64,000 nucleotides of DNA from Candidatus Undinarchaeota archaeon (GCA_964519305.1 CAZFHY010000001.1:346132-410131), one strand, 5' to 3'; positions 46,927 through 57,245 are shown, counted from the first letter of the stretch. Made by a program: numbers and translations. Notes: generated from the sequence alone by a model not told the origin.

Positions 46927-48549
46927 ATGTTTGAAGAGTTTTACACGGGTCCGATGGACGAGCTGGATCTGGGCGGATTTGACGCCAACTTCCTGTCAGT
47001 CTATCGCCAGAGCGAGAACAAGACGAAGTTCCTCTACACCACGAGCGCGGCCGGTGCCGGCATGCCCATCATGGACGAGACGGACATCACCACGCAAGCC
47101 TCGAACAAGGGCAAGATCTTTGCCGGTCGAGGCGCGTCCGAGAACTACCAGACGCTCTACTCCCACGACGCGACCGCCGTGGACAAGGGCATCGACACCG
47201 CGATCGGACGGCTGAACGGTGACAAGGACGACGCGTTCTTCGATAACATCTACGCTCGTGGCCCGGATATCGGCACTGTGTACCGCAAGGCCGAGTTCGA
47301 GAAAGACCCCCATCAGTACCAGACCCAGATCAAGGATTACATGAAGCAGGTCGCCGACGAGATCAAGGCCGCGAACCCCAACGTCAAGAACGTGAAGGTA
47401 CAGTACACCCTGACCGAGACCGTCGACGACTACCAGGACAACCTGGCCAACCACCTGTGCGAAGAGCGGATGCTCGGGCACGTGGCGGTCCAGATCGAGC
47501 TGTCCAAGACGGTCACCGATGAGGACGGTACCGAGAGCGAGACGGTCGTGACCGGGTTCGACTCCATCGGCACCACCGCCGGCGCAGAACTTGTGTTCGA
47601 CGGCCTCAAGGACACCGCGTACAGCGCCCTCAACAAGGCCCTCATCCAGTATGACGCGCGCAAGATGCCCGTGGCGGACGGCGATAAGGTGCGCGTGATG
47701 CTCGGTGGCAAGGTCTCAGGTGTGTTCATCCACGAGATGGTGGGCCACATGGCCGAGGCCGACGCCGTGCTGGAGGGCGGCAGGCTGGGCCAGAAGTTCG
47801 GCGAAAAGATCGCTCCTGACTTCGTCACGATCAAAGAGATAGCCCAGGTCCCCGGGGGTCACGGCAACATCTACTACGACAACGAGATGATGAAGGCCAA
47901 CGACCTGACCATCATGGACAAGGGGACCGTGACCGGCTTCATGACCGACAGGCACACTGCCGTCGAGCTCAAGAACCGGATGGGCATCGACATGGGCGTC
48001 ACCGGAAACGGCCGCTCCATGGACGGGTCCTACGACCCTATGCCCCGGATGCGCAACACTATCCTCGAGAACGGCGACAAGTCGCACGATGACCTCCTGG
48101 CACAGCTGGGCACCGGCCTGTACATCGTCGGTTCCAGCGGCGGGTACGTCTACACCTCCACCGGGCAGTTCGCTGTCAAGGCCTCTGAGGCCTACTGGGT
48201 GGAGAACGGCGAGATCCAGTACGCCGTGGACGCCGCTGCCGTGTCGGGCTACTCGCTCGACGTCCTGGGCAAGATCGAGGCACTGGGTGACGATGCTACC
48301 GAGGACAACTTCGTGGGCTTCTGCGGTAAGGGCGGCTGGTGGTCGTCCCAGTGGGCGCCCGTGAGCGGTATAGGCCCAGAGGTGCTGGTGAGCGAGATGA
48401 GCGTCGGTGAGGGCGGTTTCAGCCGTTCCGACCTGTCGCGCGTCTCCGAGGAGAAGATCGACCGACCCTTCGAGTTCGAGAGCTTTGGTCGCTCCGGTGA
48501 GACGTTCGGTCGGCACATCGTGACCGACAACGGCGTCCTGTGGTGGTAG
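46927..48549 (+). CDS. tldD: TldD family metalloprotease
   Basis: HEMVGHMAEAD, TGNGR, PRMRNT and CGK motifs; AAGGTATATA promoter at 46880-46889. Confidence 0.88.
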   Translation: MFEEFYTGPMDELDLGGFDANFLSVYRQSENKTKFLYTTSAAGAGMPIMDETDITTQASNKGKIFAGRGASENYQTLYSHDATAVDKGIDTAIGRLNGDKDDAFFDNIYARGPDIGTVYRKAEFEKDPHQYQTQIKDYMKQVADEIKAANPNVKNVKVQYTLTETVDDYQDNLANHLCEERMLGHVAVQIELSKTVTDEDGTESETVVTGFDSIGTTAGAELVFDGLKDTAYSALNKALIQYDARKMPVADGDKVRVMLGGKVSGVFIHEMVGHMAEADAVLEGGRLGQKFGEKIAPDFVTIKEIAQVPGGHGNIYYDNEMMKANDLTIMDKGTVTGFMTDRHTAVELKNRMGIDMGVTGNGRSMDGSYDPMPRMRNTILENGDKSHDDLLAQLGTGLYIVGSSGGYVYTSTGQFAVKASEAYWVENGEIQYAVDAAAVSGYSLDVLGKIEALGDDATEDNFVGFCGKGGWWSSQWAPVSGIGPEVLVSEMSVGEGGFSRSDLSRVSEEKIDRPFEFESFGRSGETFGRHIVTDNGVLWW

Positions 48550-48635
48550 GGTAACTCCCTACCACCCGGGCCTCGCCCGGCCTGTAGAATAGCCTTTTAA
48601 GATTTTGGTAGGTCCATTGAGCGGGAGGAAGTTCC

Positions 48636-49142
48636 ATGCGCGCTGCTGTACTGCTTGATGACGGGGTCGATGCCACCGAGTTCATCTACCCATACTACCG
48701 CCTGATCGAGGCCGGTTTCGATGTCGACGTGGTCGCCGTCCGGACCGGGGAGTTCTCGTCCAAGAACAAGCTCATCCTCAGGGCCGACACCACGGTGGAG
48801 GAGGCGCTGCTCAACAAGTACCAGGTTCTCGTCGTTCCCGGCGGGTACGCCCCCGATCGCCTTCGTCGGAGCGAGAAAATACTCGAGCTGGTGGCACAGG
48901 TGTACGAGCACGGCGGCCGGATCGCGGCCATCTGCCACGGCCCTCAGGTGCTCATCTCGGCAGGCATCGTCACCAACAAGAAGATCACCGGGTTCCTCTC
49001 CATTAAGGACGACATCATCAACGCCGGCGCGGACTACACCGGGCTGGCGGTCGAGTCCGACGAGCGTATCGTCACCGCCACCGACGTCAAGGCACTGCCC
49101 GAGTTCATGAGCACGCTGCTCTCCGGGCTGGAAGACGAGTGA
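48636..49142 (+). CDS. PfpI/DJ-1 family protein
   Basis: EFIYP, VPGG.APD.LR and AICHGP motifs. Confidence 0.92.
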   Translation: MRAAVLLDDGVDATEFIYPYYRLIEAGFDVDVVAVRTGEFSSKNKLILRADTTVEEALLNKYQVLVVPGGYAPDRLRRSEKILELVAQVYEHGGRIAAICHGPQVLISAGIVTNKKITGFLSIKDDIINAGADYTGLAVESDERIVTATDVKALPEFMSTLLSGLEDE

Positions 49143-50404
49143 GAGCGCTCCCGCTGCTCATTGGTGCACTGGTCCTGCTCCAGCTGCCGCATACTTTCGC
49201 GGCGATTCCAGGATGGGACTCTCTGGCGTTCCTCTCCAACGCGCAGGTGATGGCTGGCGAGGGACATTACTACGAGTGGATCCGACCGCCAGGGATGCCT
49301 GCGCTGCTCGCGGCCGTGCAGGGTGTGTGCGGGCAAAGCCTGCTGGTGCTCAGGTTATGTGCGCTGGTGCTCCTGGTGCTGCCCATGGCGGCCGCTGCCG
49401 TGCTGGCACGGCGGGAGGGGTGCGACAATAACGCAGAACTCGTCGTTCTGCTGGTGGGGCTGAGCCCTCTGGTGCTCCTCTACGGGGGACAGGTGCAGGC
49501 CGATATCGCTACAGCAGGGCTGGTCACGACCGCGCTGGCCGCGTGGGGCCGTGACGAGCGGTTAGGGGTGATACTGGGCGCGGTGGCCGTTCTGTTCCGA
49601 TACCCTGCGGGTGTAGTGCTGCTGGCGCTCTGTCGGCGGCGGACAGTTCCTGTGGTCGCGCTGGTGGTGGGGATCGTGCTCCTGCCGTGGCTCGCGGCCA
49701 ACCACGCGCGCTTCGGAGACCCTTTCCATTCCATCACTGCCAAGCTCGTGCAGCAGCAGAGGATGTCGCGGATGCCGCTCATGTTCTATATTGGGCAGCT
49801 CGCGCCCGCCCTGGGCCCTGCCGTGCTAGCTGCGATAGTCACACGGAGACGGGATGTTTTGCCAGTGGTGGTCGTGCTCGCGCTGACACTCCTGACGCTC
49901 AACGTCAACAAGGAGGCGCGCTACCTCATGGTCGTCGCTCCCGCCGCCCTCGTGCTCGCCTCGGGCGGGCTCTCCCGGCTCGGCAGGCCAGCGATCGTCA
50001 TTGCCATCCTGCTGCAGGCGTGGTACGGCCATGCAGCGCTTGGTATGGTGGGGACGGGCTTCCCGGCAAGGGTGGCAACAGCACTTGTCGTCGCCGATCT
50101 CCGGCCGGGAGTGGTCCTGTCCGATGTATGGGTGCCCCTGAGTTATTATGGGAGGTTCCCGGCGCGATGGATACCGGACGAGTCGTACGTGGACGGGATA
50201 GTCGATACATACGGAGCGACCCACGTAGCTATCTCGGACATGGCCTGGGAACCGCTGTACGCTACAGAGGCGCACCTCAATGGAAAGGGCTATACTCCCG
50301 TGGCGGCGGTATTGCGCGGCGGCGAGCGCATCGTCGTGTACGGAACGGGGCATCCCGGTGGCGAGGTTGAGATGGTGGAGAACTGGTTCAACATCAACGA
50401 GTGA
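49139..50404 (+). CDS. GT-C-type membrane glycosyltransferase-like protein
   Basis: WDS..F, RPPG.P, D, RY, WL..N...FGDP and KEARY motifs; many TM helices. Confidence 0.7.
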   Translation: MRALPLLIGALVLLQLPHTFAAIPGWDSLAFLSNAQVMAGEGHYYEWIRPPGMPALLAAVQGVCGQSLLVLRLCALVLLVLPMAAAAVLARREGCDNNAELVVLLVGLSPLVLLYGGQVQADIATAGLVTTALAAWGRDERLGVILGAVAVLFRYPAGVVLLALCRRRTVPVVALVVGIVLLPWLAANHARFGDPFHSITAKLVQQQRMSRMPLMFYIGQLAPALGPAVLAAIVTRRRDVLPVVVVLALTLLTLNVNKEARYLMVVAPAALVLASGGLSRLGRPAIVIAILLQAWYGHAALGMVGTGFPARVATALVVADLRPGVVLSDVWVPLSYYGRFPARWIPDESYVDGIVDTYGATHVAISDMAWEPLYATEAHLNGKGYTPVAAVLRGGERIVVYGTGHPGGEVEMVENWFNINE

Positions 50405-50416
50405 TACTCTTCTCGC

Positions 50417-51580
50417 CTACTCGTCCCCATACTCGCCTTTCGCTTCCATCTCTAGCTGCTCGTGGAGCGCGTCGGAGATATGCATCGACTCCCGGAACAC
50501 GTGGAGCATCTCCTCCTCCTTGTCCGTCAGCTCGCCGTCCCGCCACGCGATCCTCAGCTCCTCCCGGTAGAGGTCGATGACCTTCTCGGGCGTCATGTGC
50601 GCGAGGGCGGATTCAACTATGTCAGGGAACATTCGGTCGGTTAGGTTGTCGCTCACGCGCTTGGCGGGAACGGAGATGGCGAGCACAAGGCCCGAAGTGG
50701 CGGCCTTGGCCACCTCGATACCCCCCAGCACAGTCGTTTGCAGGCCGGCCAGGAAGGTGGTTGAAACAAGGCGCTCCATGAGCCCCTCGATCCCAACGAA
50801 CGCCCCGGCGAGAATCGTTGTGAAGATGGTGTAGAGGATGCTCTTCTTCACCACGAGGTTGATGTCGAAGAGCTGCTCCTTGACGATGCCATAGGCCATG
50901 ATGATAGCGGGGAACGGTATCAGCACGGTCCCGACGTTGAAGCTGAAGGTGTAGTCGAAGATGTAGTAGGCGAACCGGGTGCTCAGGACGCTGGCAAGCG
51001 GGAAGAGGGCTGCGAGCATGAAGTAGGCCATGCGTCTCCGCAGTGCTGGGTTCTCCCCCTGCTGGAACATCCTGAAGAAGTCGTTGATCAGGAGCACCAG
51101 CATAACGATGAGATAGACCGAGCGGAGGACGTGCAGGGGTCCCGACTTGTCAGCACTGTCGAACCGACCATAGGAAGAGCCCTCCATCTCCACCACCGGG
51201 TCCAGGAACAGGTGCGGAAAGGCGAACAGTACGACGAAGTAGATGAGAGGGATGACGTACAGAAGGAGAATCTTCTTGCTCTCGCTCACGGCGCCCCCAT
51301 ATCTCAACTCACGGGTGAAGTGGAGCATGAAGGCCACACCGAACGTATCGGAGAGGACGTAGAACGAGCGCCAGAGACGCCAGGCCGCGATGGTGGTACT
51401 GCTCACCATCATCGCCGTGGAGATGGAGAACGTCGCCATGCAGTAGAACGAGGAGACGAACAGCATGGTGACCGGGTCACGGCACTTCTGGTAGCACACG
51501 AAGGACGTCACGGTGAACACGATCAGGAACGAGAGGAGGTACAACACTGTCTCGACCGTGAAGACGTACGATTCCAGCAT
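50417..51580 (-). CDS. HisKA_7TM-like membrane sensor domain protein without kinase domain
   Basis: About 9 TM helices, YGIVKEQLFDI motif; short C-terminal Y...L..AW.DG.LT..E..ML helical domain. Confidence 0.65.
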   Translation of the reverse strand: MLESYVFTVETVLYLLSFLIVFTVTSFVCYQKCRDPVTMLFVSSFYCMATFSISTAMMVSSTTIAAWRLWRSFYVLSDTFGVAFMLHFTRELRYGGAVSESKKILLLYVIPLIYFVVLFAFPHLFLDPVVEMEGSSYGRFDSADKSGPLHVLRSVYLIVMLVLLINDFFRMFQQGENPALRRRMAYFMLAALFPLASVLSTRFAYYIFDYTFSFNVGTVLIPFPAIIMAYGIVKEQLFDINLVVKKSILYTIFTTILAGAFVGIEGLMERLVSTTFLAGLQTTVLGGIEVAKAATSGLVLAISVPAKRVSDNLTDRMFPDIVESALAHMTPEKVIDLYREELRIAWRDGELTDKEEEMLHVFRESMHISDALHEQLEMEAKGEYGDE

Positions 51581-51651
51581 CCTAAATAATCCAGAGGGGG
51601 TTATAGCATAAAAAGGGGCCACCTGTTGCGTGCGAGATGCTCTAGGGTGTC

Positions 51652-52134
51652 TTATGGCCGTGCCGGGACCGTCGCATTGAACATAGGCGTACCATCGATG
51701 GAGACGGTCAGGCGCACGTGCCGGGCCGGGTCCACCGGTAGGTCGGACAGCCGTATCCCCGTCTCCTGCACTACCTTCGAGAGCGGACGGTCCTGTTCCG
51801 CCCGGGCCTGTAGCCGGTGCGGGCATTCCCTGCACTGGTGGGCCCTGCCGCTGATTAGCTCAACCCGCACATCCTGTCCGGAGACCGTGAACGTACCGTT
51901 GGTAAAGACGTCACAGATAGTCTCCCTCCGTATCAGAACGCTCATGAACACCGATGTGGAATCCTCACCCAACCATCGCGCCGTAACGCCGTCGAGAACG
52001 AGCTCAGGTGGGAGACCTCGGGGGTAGTGTCCGGTCACGAACTCCACCTCCCGCAGCTCTTGCTCTAGGACGCGGGAGGTACACCCGGTCGCAACGACCG
52101 CCACGAGGATGAGGAGGATGGCCCTCCGATCCAT
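51652..52134 (-). CDS. Putative lipoprotein
   Basis: MDRR + hydrophobic stretch + VATGC lipobox. Confidence 0.6.
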   Translation of the reverse strand: MDRRAILLILVAVVATGCTSRVLEQELREVEFVTGHYPRGLPPELVLDGVTARWLGEDSTSVFMSVLIRRETICDVFTNGTFTVSGQDVRVELISGRAHQCRECPHRLQARAEQDRPLSKVVQETGIRLSDLPVDPARHVRLTVSIDGTPMFNATVPARP

Positions 52135-52221
52135 AGAGCAATTTTATCCCTTATGATTAATTAAACGTAATCCTGTCGGCCCGGGCGAAGGTATTCAAAC
52201 CTTAGCCAGCGTAGAAGGAGC

Positions 52222-52419
52222 ATGGACGGACGCCACCGCAGGGATATCCGCCCGGGCATTAACGTCCGGATCGTGCTCAAGAAGGACCAGCGATCCGGGA
52301 AGCTCACCGAGGGCGTGGTCAAGGACATCCTCACCCGGTCGGCCACCCACCCTCACGGCATCAAGGTCCGCCTACGCGACGGTCAGGTGGGCAGGGTCAA
52401 AGAGATAGTCGAGGGCTAA
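52222..52419 (+). CDS. YwbE (DUF2196) family protein
   Basis: IVLKKDQRSGKLTEG..LT.S..HPHGIKVRL..GQVGRV motif. Confidence 0.92.
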   Translation: MDGRHRRDIRPGINVRIVLKKDQRSGKLTEGVVKDILTRSATHPHGIKVRLRDGQVGRVKEIVEG

Positions 52420-52868
52420 TCGCGGTCCGACCGGTCGAACTCCACGGGGATGCTGATGCCCCTCCCGTCCTCGATCTCGAAGGCGTTGAAGTGTAGGTGT
52501 GGATGCGACATGCACCCCGAGAGCCCGGTGTAGCCAAGGATATCGCCCGTACTAACGTACTGGCCTTTCTCCACCTCCACCGCGTCCTTACCGAGGTGGA
52601 TGTACTCGGCGTAAGTGCCATCGCCGTGATCAACGACCACGTAGTTCGCCTCGTGAGCAAGGGCCACGTCCAGCCCCCAGCGGTCCGAGTCGTCCTTGGT
52701 CATGATGACCGTTCCCTCTCGGGCGCAAAGGACCGGCGTGTCCACGTCGAGTAGGAAGTCCACGGCGTACCGGGACTCGGGGAAGTTCTCGTGAGCGTAC
52801 CGGCCGCCCGGGCGGCCCACCCGCTCCTCCACCGATTCGGGGAATGGGAGCTGGTACTCGGCCTCCAT
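52416..52868 (-). CDS. M23 family peptidase domain protein
   Basis: H..AVDF, NYVVVDH.DG..Y.HL, G.TG and PHLHF motifs. Confidence 0.85.
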   Translation of the reverse strand: MEAEYQLPFPESVEERVGRPGGRYAHENFPESRYAVDFLLDVDTPVLCAREGTVIMTKDDSDRWGLDVALAHEANYVVVDHGDGTYAEYIHLGKDAVEVEKGQYVSTGDILGYTGLSGCMSHPHLHFNAFEIEDGRGISIPVEFDRSDRD

Positions 52869-52999
52869 GTGACACGTCCGTCCCGCAGCCCATACTTCAA
52901 GGTTTCGGTCCGCACACGAGGACCATGCGTTCCCGGACCCCGGGTGCCTGCCCGGGCGAGGGGACGGTCTTTTTATTATTGCAGGCGGGCTGCCCCACC

Positions 53000-53365
53000 A
53001 TGGATGACAGGAACCTACTGCATGCAGTGCTCGCCCTGTGCGCGATCTCGCTCATAGTCAACGTCATGGTCCTTCAAGAGATGAAGGGCACTCCGGTAGC
53101 CTCGGGGGATCCAGCCGCCCCGCCGGAGAACTTCGGCGAGGGGAGCGGGTGCAACGCCATATGCGATGATATGTTCCGGCAACTTCGAGAATACCACGAT
53201 CTGGACCTGACGGAAGCGAAGGGCAAGATCCGGCAAGCGTGCGTGAATGCCTGCGTTGGCAGGGCGGACCCGATCCACAGAAAGTGCCTGAGCATGGAGG
53301 AAGAAAAGAGTGATTTTCATTCCGTCGGGTGTCTCAGATTCCACGATCTGCTCATCGTGGGATGA
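53000..53365 (+). CDS. Hypothetical membrane-anchored Cys-rich protein
   Basis: TTTTATTA upstream; TM helix and CxxxC pairs. Confidence 0.55.
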   Translation: MDDRNLLHAVLALCAISLIVNVMVLQEMKGTPVASGDPAAPPENFGEGSGCNAICDDMFRQLREYHDLDLTEAKGKIRQACVNACVGRADPIHRKCLSMEEEKSDFHSVGCLRFHDLLIVG

Positions 53366-53967
53366 TCGATACCTGCAAGGTCCTCGTAGAAGTCGTCCAC
53401 TGAGCCCGCGCCTGCAAGCGCCAGCATGGCCTCCTCGTACCGCTCGAACCTCGGCATCGCCTTGTGGAGGTTCTCGATGATGGTGTCCTTGATGTCCTGC
53501 GGGATGGGGAGGCCGTTGACCCTGTCCTCGATCTCGGCGGCGCGCTCCCGGACGGGGATCGCCCTGCCAACGCGCACGGACATGTCCGCATAGGTGAGGA
53601 GCATGCCCTCCAGGCCCACCGGCAGGTACTGCTCGACATCGCCCTCGGCCTCGCCGTACTGCTCGGCGAGCTGGCCATGCATCACCAATTTAGCAACGGT
53701 CGGATCGACACCCTCCTCTAGAAGAAGTTCGATGGAAGCTAGCTCGTGCTTCTCGGGTCCAGCGGCGTAACCGATATCGTGGACGTAGCCTAGAAAACCG
53801 ATAAGCTCAGGATCGAGCCCCAGCTCGGGGTGGCGCTCGCTGATGCGCTCGGCTACTATGTAAGCGAAATCGCCGACCCCCTGCGAGTGCTCGAGCTTCG
53901 TCGCGAGCTCGTCAGCGCCCAGGTAGGACTCCATAAGCTCGAGACCGGCATCCCGGTCGTACCCCAT
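53317..53967 (-). CDS. HD domain protein
   Basis: HS..V, VHDIG, H..H and YAD motifs. Confidence 0.85.
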   Translation of the reverse strand: MGYDRDAGLELMESYLGADELATKLEHSQGVGDFAYIVAERISERHPELGLDPELIGFLGYVHDIGYAAGPEKHELASIELLLEEGVDPTVAKLVMHGQLAEQYGEAEGDVEQYLPVGLEGMLLTYADMSVRVGRAIPVRERAAEIEDRVNGLPIPQDIKDTIIENLHKAMPRFERYEEAMLALAGAGSVDDFYEDLAGIDHPTMSRSWNLRHPTE

Positions 53968-54036
53968 TGCTCGTTCTTACGCGTCAGGCACTAATAAGCG
54001 TTCGTCCACCGCTCGCCGGAGTGCTGGCGGGCCGGT

Positions 54037-54933
54037 TCAGAGAAAGGCCTCTAGCTCATCGGGGAGGTTCTCGATGAACCAGTCCATACCGCGCCCATCG
54101 GCCCGTGCCGTCTCAGCGATGTAGTCGAACCCGATTATGTACTGGGCGTCCTTTAGCGCGTGGGCGAACTGCGGCGATGTGCACAGCTCAGGGGCCTTGC
54201 CCGCTTCCATCTGCTGCTTGGCCACCAGAAGGCCCTGGACCATGGTCCGGTAATCCTCGCCGGGAGCGGTCTGCTCCACGTACTTCCGGGCCGCGTAGGC
54301 AGCTGCTTCGGGCAGCTCGTCCTTGTGAGTGAGCAGTGCGCCCATGGCCATGTAATCGGCCTGTCCCTCGATGATCGTGAGGACGGGGAGGGCGTTGTAC
54401 ACCAGTTGCATCCCTTCAGGCATGTGGTTGGTGCTGAATAAGCCTTTGAGCCTGCCCGTGACCGAGTCCTTCTCCTGCTGGATCGCCTTGGCGCTTGCAG
54501 CGATGAGCTCGGGCTCCGAGGGTGCCCCGTGGTTACGCTGGTAACCGTGGACCAGCTCGTGGGCGAGGATGTACACCAGCTCGCCTTGGTCCGCCATGGT
54601 CGAGGGATCCACCTCGACACCTCCGCCCAGGTCGTCCAGGACACGGGGACGGGCGGCGTTGTCCATGACCAGCACACGGTGGTTGAGACCGTCGTAGATC
54701 CCGGCCGTGGCCGAGTACACGTGCTTGGCGCGCTCGTGCACCGTCGCTGCGTCCGGTTCGGCACCGGTCAGGGCACGGTCCCTGTCGCGCACGTACGACT
54801 CGACGTCAGTGATACTTGCATGCACTACCTCGGGGACGGCGCCGTACTCGACACCAAAGCTCTCCTCGATATAGGAGACCAGGGTATGCACCAACTCATC
54901 GCATCCCATGACGTCCACGCTGGGGCCGTACAT
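54037..54933 (-). CDS. Putative zinc metalloprotease (zincin)
   Basis: AHELVHGYQ (HExxH) plus downstream IEGQADY and Y..G motifs. Confidence 0.75.
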   Translation of the reverse strand: MYGPSVDVMGCDELVHTLVSYIEESFGVEYGAVPEVVHASITDVESYVRDRDRALTGAEPDAATVHERAKHVYSATAGIYDGLNHRVLVMDNAARPRVLDDLGGGVEVDPSTMADQGELVYILAHELVHGYQRNHGAPSEPELIAASAKAIQQEKDSVTGRLKGLFSTNHMPEGMQLVYNALPVLTIIEGQADYMAMGALLTHKDELPEAAAYAARKYVEQTAPGEDYRTMVQGLLVAKQQMEAGKAPELCTSPQFAHALKDAQYIIGFDYIAETARADGRGMDWFIENLPDELEAFL

Positions 54934-55097
54934 CAGACAGTTCGGCGATAGAAGTGTCCGTTTATAGTTTCCCATGGGTGGATGATGATCGTATACCATT
55001 GAGGGGACAGGATTACCGTTTTCCGGAAGTCAGATCCACACTATCACAATGATAGCACGGTCTACGACAGTGGATCCCTGGATCTCCGGACGTCCGC

Positions 55098-56264
55098 TCA
55101 GAGCTCGAGGCCGAGGTCTGCGACCTTCCCGCTGTAGGTCTCCTTGAACTCCTTAGCGTCGACCTCGAAGTTGTAGCCCGTGGAACGCTCGGCGTACCGG
55201 ACGGCGGCCATGTCACGCTTGTCGATGTACGTCTTGGACATCACGTTGAGCGCGGTGCTCACGTCGAGGTAGAGCTTCTTGACCTCCTTCTCGTGTCCCT
55301 CGATGTCATCGATGGCAGCGTCCATGTGCTTGCGCATCCCATCCATGCCCGTCTTGAGGTAATCGATACGCGTCCTCCACCGGTGGTAGGTGCTCTCCTT
55401 CTTGCCCTGGTAGAGCACAGTGGAGAGGTCGCCGACGTTCTGGCCGATACCGGTGTAACCTGAGTCGTTGATCCCGTCAATGGTGGAGAGGAGCGCGGAG
55501 GGCGGCCGCTCGCCGACATCCGCATAGAGTTCCTTGAAGGTGTCCACGTTCTCTTCGAACGAGTAGCCCTTGGCCCTTTCTGCGAGGAGCACGTCGTTGG
55601 ACTCGGCCTTGAAGCCGAGGTAACCCTTCTCGAGGTAGTTGAGGGCCGTTGACACGTCGAGGATGAAGGACTTGCCCGTGCTCTCGTCCATACCGCCCAC
55701 CTCACCGTCGATGTTGGCGTAGAGGTTGGACATGGTCTCTTTGAGCACGTCGAGCCGGGTCTCCCAGTTGCCCTCCTTGGAGTTGAGGGTGGACCTAAGC
55801 TTTGAGAGGGTGCCGGTCACGTCGGCGTGGTCCTGCTTGTTGAGGTTGTTACAGACGACGTCGAACTCGGTGCCGCCAAGGTCCTTCTTGAGGAACTTGC
55901 CCACGTACGCACCGGCGAGCGCCCCGACCCCGAGCCCGACGACGAGCCCGCCCGGACCGAAGTGGCTGCCCACGTACGCACCGATGCCCGCGCCAACGTT
56001 GCCTGTGAGGCCTCGGACGTCACCGAACATGGTCTCACCCACGGTACCGACGAAATCCTGGACGTGCTCGTAGCGGTCCTTGATGTAGTTGCCGAACCGC
56101 TGGTACCACTTGAGGTCAGGCTCCTCGGCCGCCTCTTCCTGGTCGGCCTGCTCGTCGACAGAGTACTCAGAGGTACCGTAAGAGGGCACGGAGACGTCGT
56201 CCAGCTTCGGCTGGTCCTCCGTGTCGTTCTTATCCTTGAAATCCTCTTCGTCGAGCGCAAACAT
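55098..56264 (-). CDS. Hypothetical protein with glycine zipper and duplicated ~100-aa domain
   Basis: GAGIGAYVG..GLGVGALAGAYVG zipper; two copies of W.TR.D.LK/LDVSTALN/AER..GY.FE. Confidence 0.75.
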   Translation of the reverse strand: MFALDEEDFKDKNDTEDQPKLDDVSVPSYGTSEYSVDEQADQEEAAEEPDLKWYQRFGNYIKDRYEHVQDFVGTVGETMFGDVRGLTGNVGAGIGAYVGSHFGPGGLVVGLGVGALAGAYVGKFLKKDLGGTEFDVVCNNLNKQDHADVTGTLSKLRSTLNSKEGNWETRLDVLKETMSNLYANIDGEVGGMDESTGKSFILDVSTALNYLEKGYLGFKAESNDVLLAERAKGYSFEENVDTFKELYADVGERPPSALLSTIDGINDSGYTGIGQNVGDLSTVLYQGKKESTYHRWRTRIDYLKTGMDGMRKHMDAAIDDIEGHEKEVKKLYLDVSTALNVMSKTYIDKRDMAAVRYAERSTGYNFEVDAKEFKETYSGKVADLGLEL

Positions 56265-56409
56265 TCCTATCGCCTGTCACAATGTCGCACGATAGCTGGT
56301 ATTTATAGTTTCCCTGTGGATGACACGCCGTCCCTGGAGGCCGGTGACGGCGCCCGGGGGCCGCCTTTTAGCCGACACGCATAAAAACCTGTAGGAGCAC
56401 GGACCCACC

Positions 56410-57189
56410 ATGGGGAAGAAGGTCGTGCTCCTGGCATTGCTTGCCATCACCGTAGCGATCCCTTTGATCGAACAAGGCCTGCTACACCTCGCAGTCTCAT
56501 CGGGCAATCCCGACGTGTGCTCGGTGGTATCCATGGGCCCATGCACGCTGTGGCGGTACAATCAGGCCCCGACAAGGATGAACTCCACGGAAACGGCCGA
56601 CCTCTACCTCTGCGCGCTCCTCGGTTCCTGCGACCGCGGGCCGGAGGTCGACTGTCACGATGCGTGCCTGACCGACGTGTGGCGTGCATCGGCCTCAGCG
56701 TCGTTCTCCTGCGACATGTTCACCCAGACCGAGACCGGTATGGAGACCAGCCCGTTCGCGTCCCAGGCGTCCAGCGACCTGCGCACCATCTGCTATTGTC
56801 GACGCGCGGCCAACGCTGACAACGTGACCTTCCTGGACATCCTGAGCGAGCGGGACCGGGACCTATGCCTCGCCCGGTTCGCCGAGGTGAAGGAGGACGC
56901 TGCCTACTGTGCGATGATCGGTCAGAACGGTACGAAGACCACTGGCGCGTGGTCCACGGCCCAGGCCCTGTGCCTGAGCGACACCATCAAGGTCTCTCTG
57001 GACAACAACTCGACGTTCGACTGCGACACGGTAGACAAGAGCGCCAGCGCCGTCCTTGGTGATACCAAAATGCCGCTCCCGTTCTATTGCAAGTCGAGGC
57101 TGGCCCGCCACAGCGGATCGGTCTCGCACTGCGACAGCATCCCCGAGGATTATGCACGGGTGTCCTGCCTGCGCAACTGGCGCAACTGA
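56410..57189 (+). CDS. Secreted Cys-rich protein
   Basis: Signal peptide; repeated C..I....C motifs. Confidence 0.65.
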   Translation: MGKKVVLLALLAITVAIPLIEQGLLHLAVSSGNPDVCSVVSMGPCTLWRYNQAPTRMNSTETADLYLCALLGSCDRGPEVDCHDACLTDVWRASASASFSCDMFTQTETGMETSPFASQASSDLRTICYCRRAANADNVTFLDILSERDRDLCLARFAEVKEDAAYCAMIGQNGTKTTGAWSTAQALCLSDTIKVSLDNNSTFDCDTVDKSASAVLGDTKMPLPFYCKSRLARHSGSVSHCDSIPEDYARVSCLRNWRN

Positions 57190-57245
57190 ACGGCCCCTAC
57201 TGAAAATTGCGGTCTATCTGGTGATGATAATCAGACCGTTCCTCT

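Noticed and set aside
55032-55078. Intergenic inverted repeats (GATCCAC/GTGGATC enclosing CTATCA/TGATAG)
   Set aside because: A single copy with short stems; it could be a terminator or chance.
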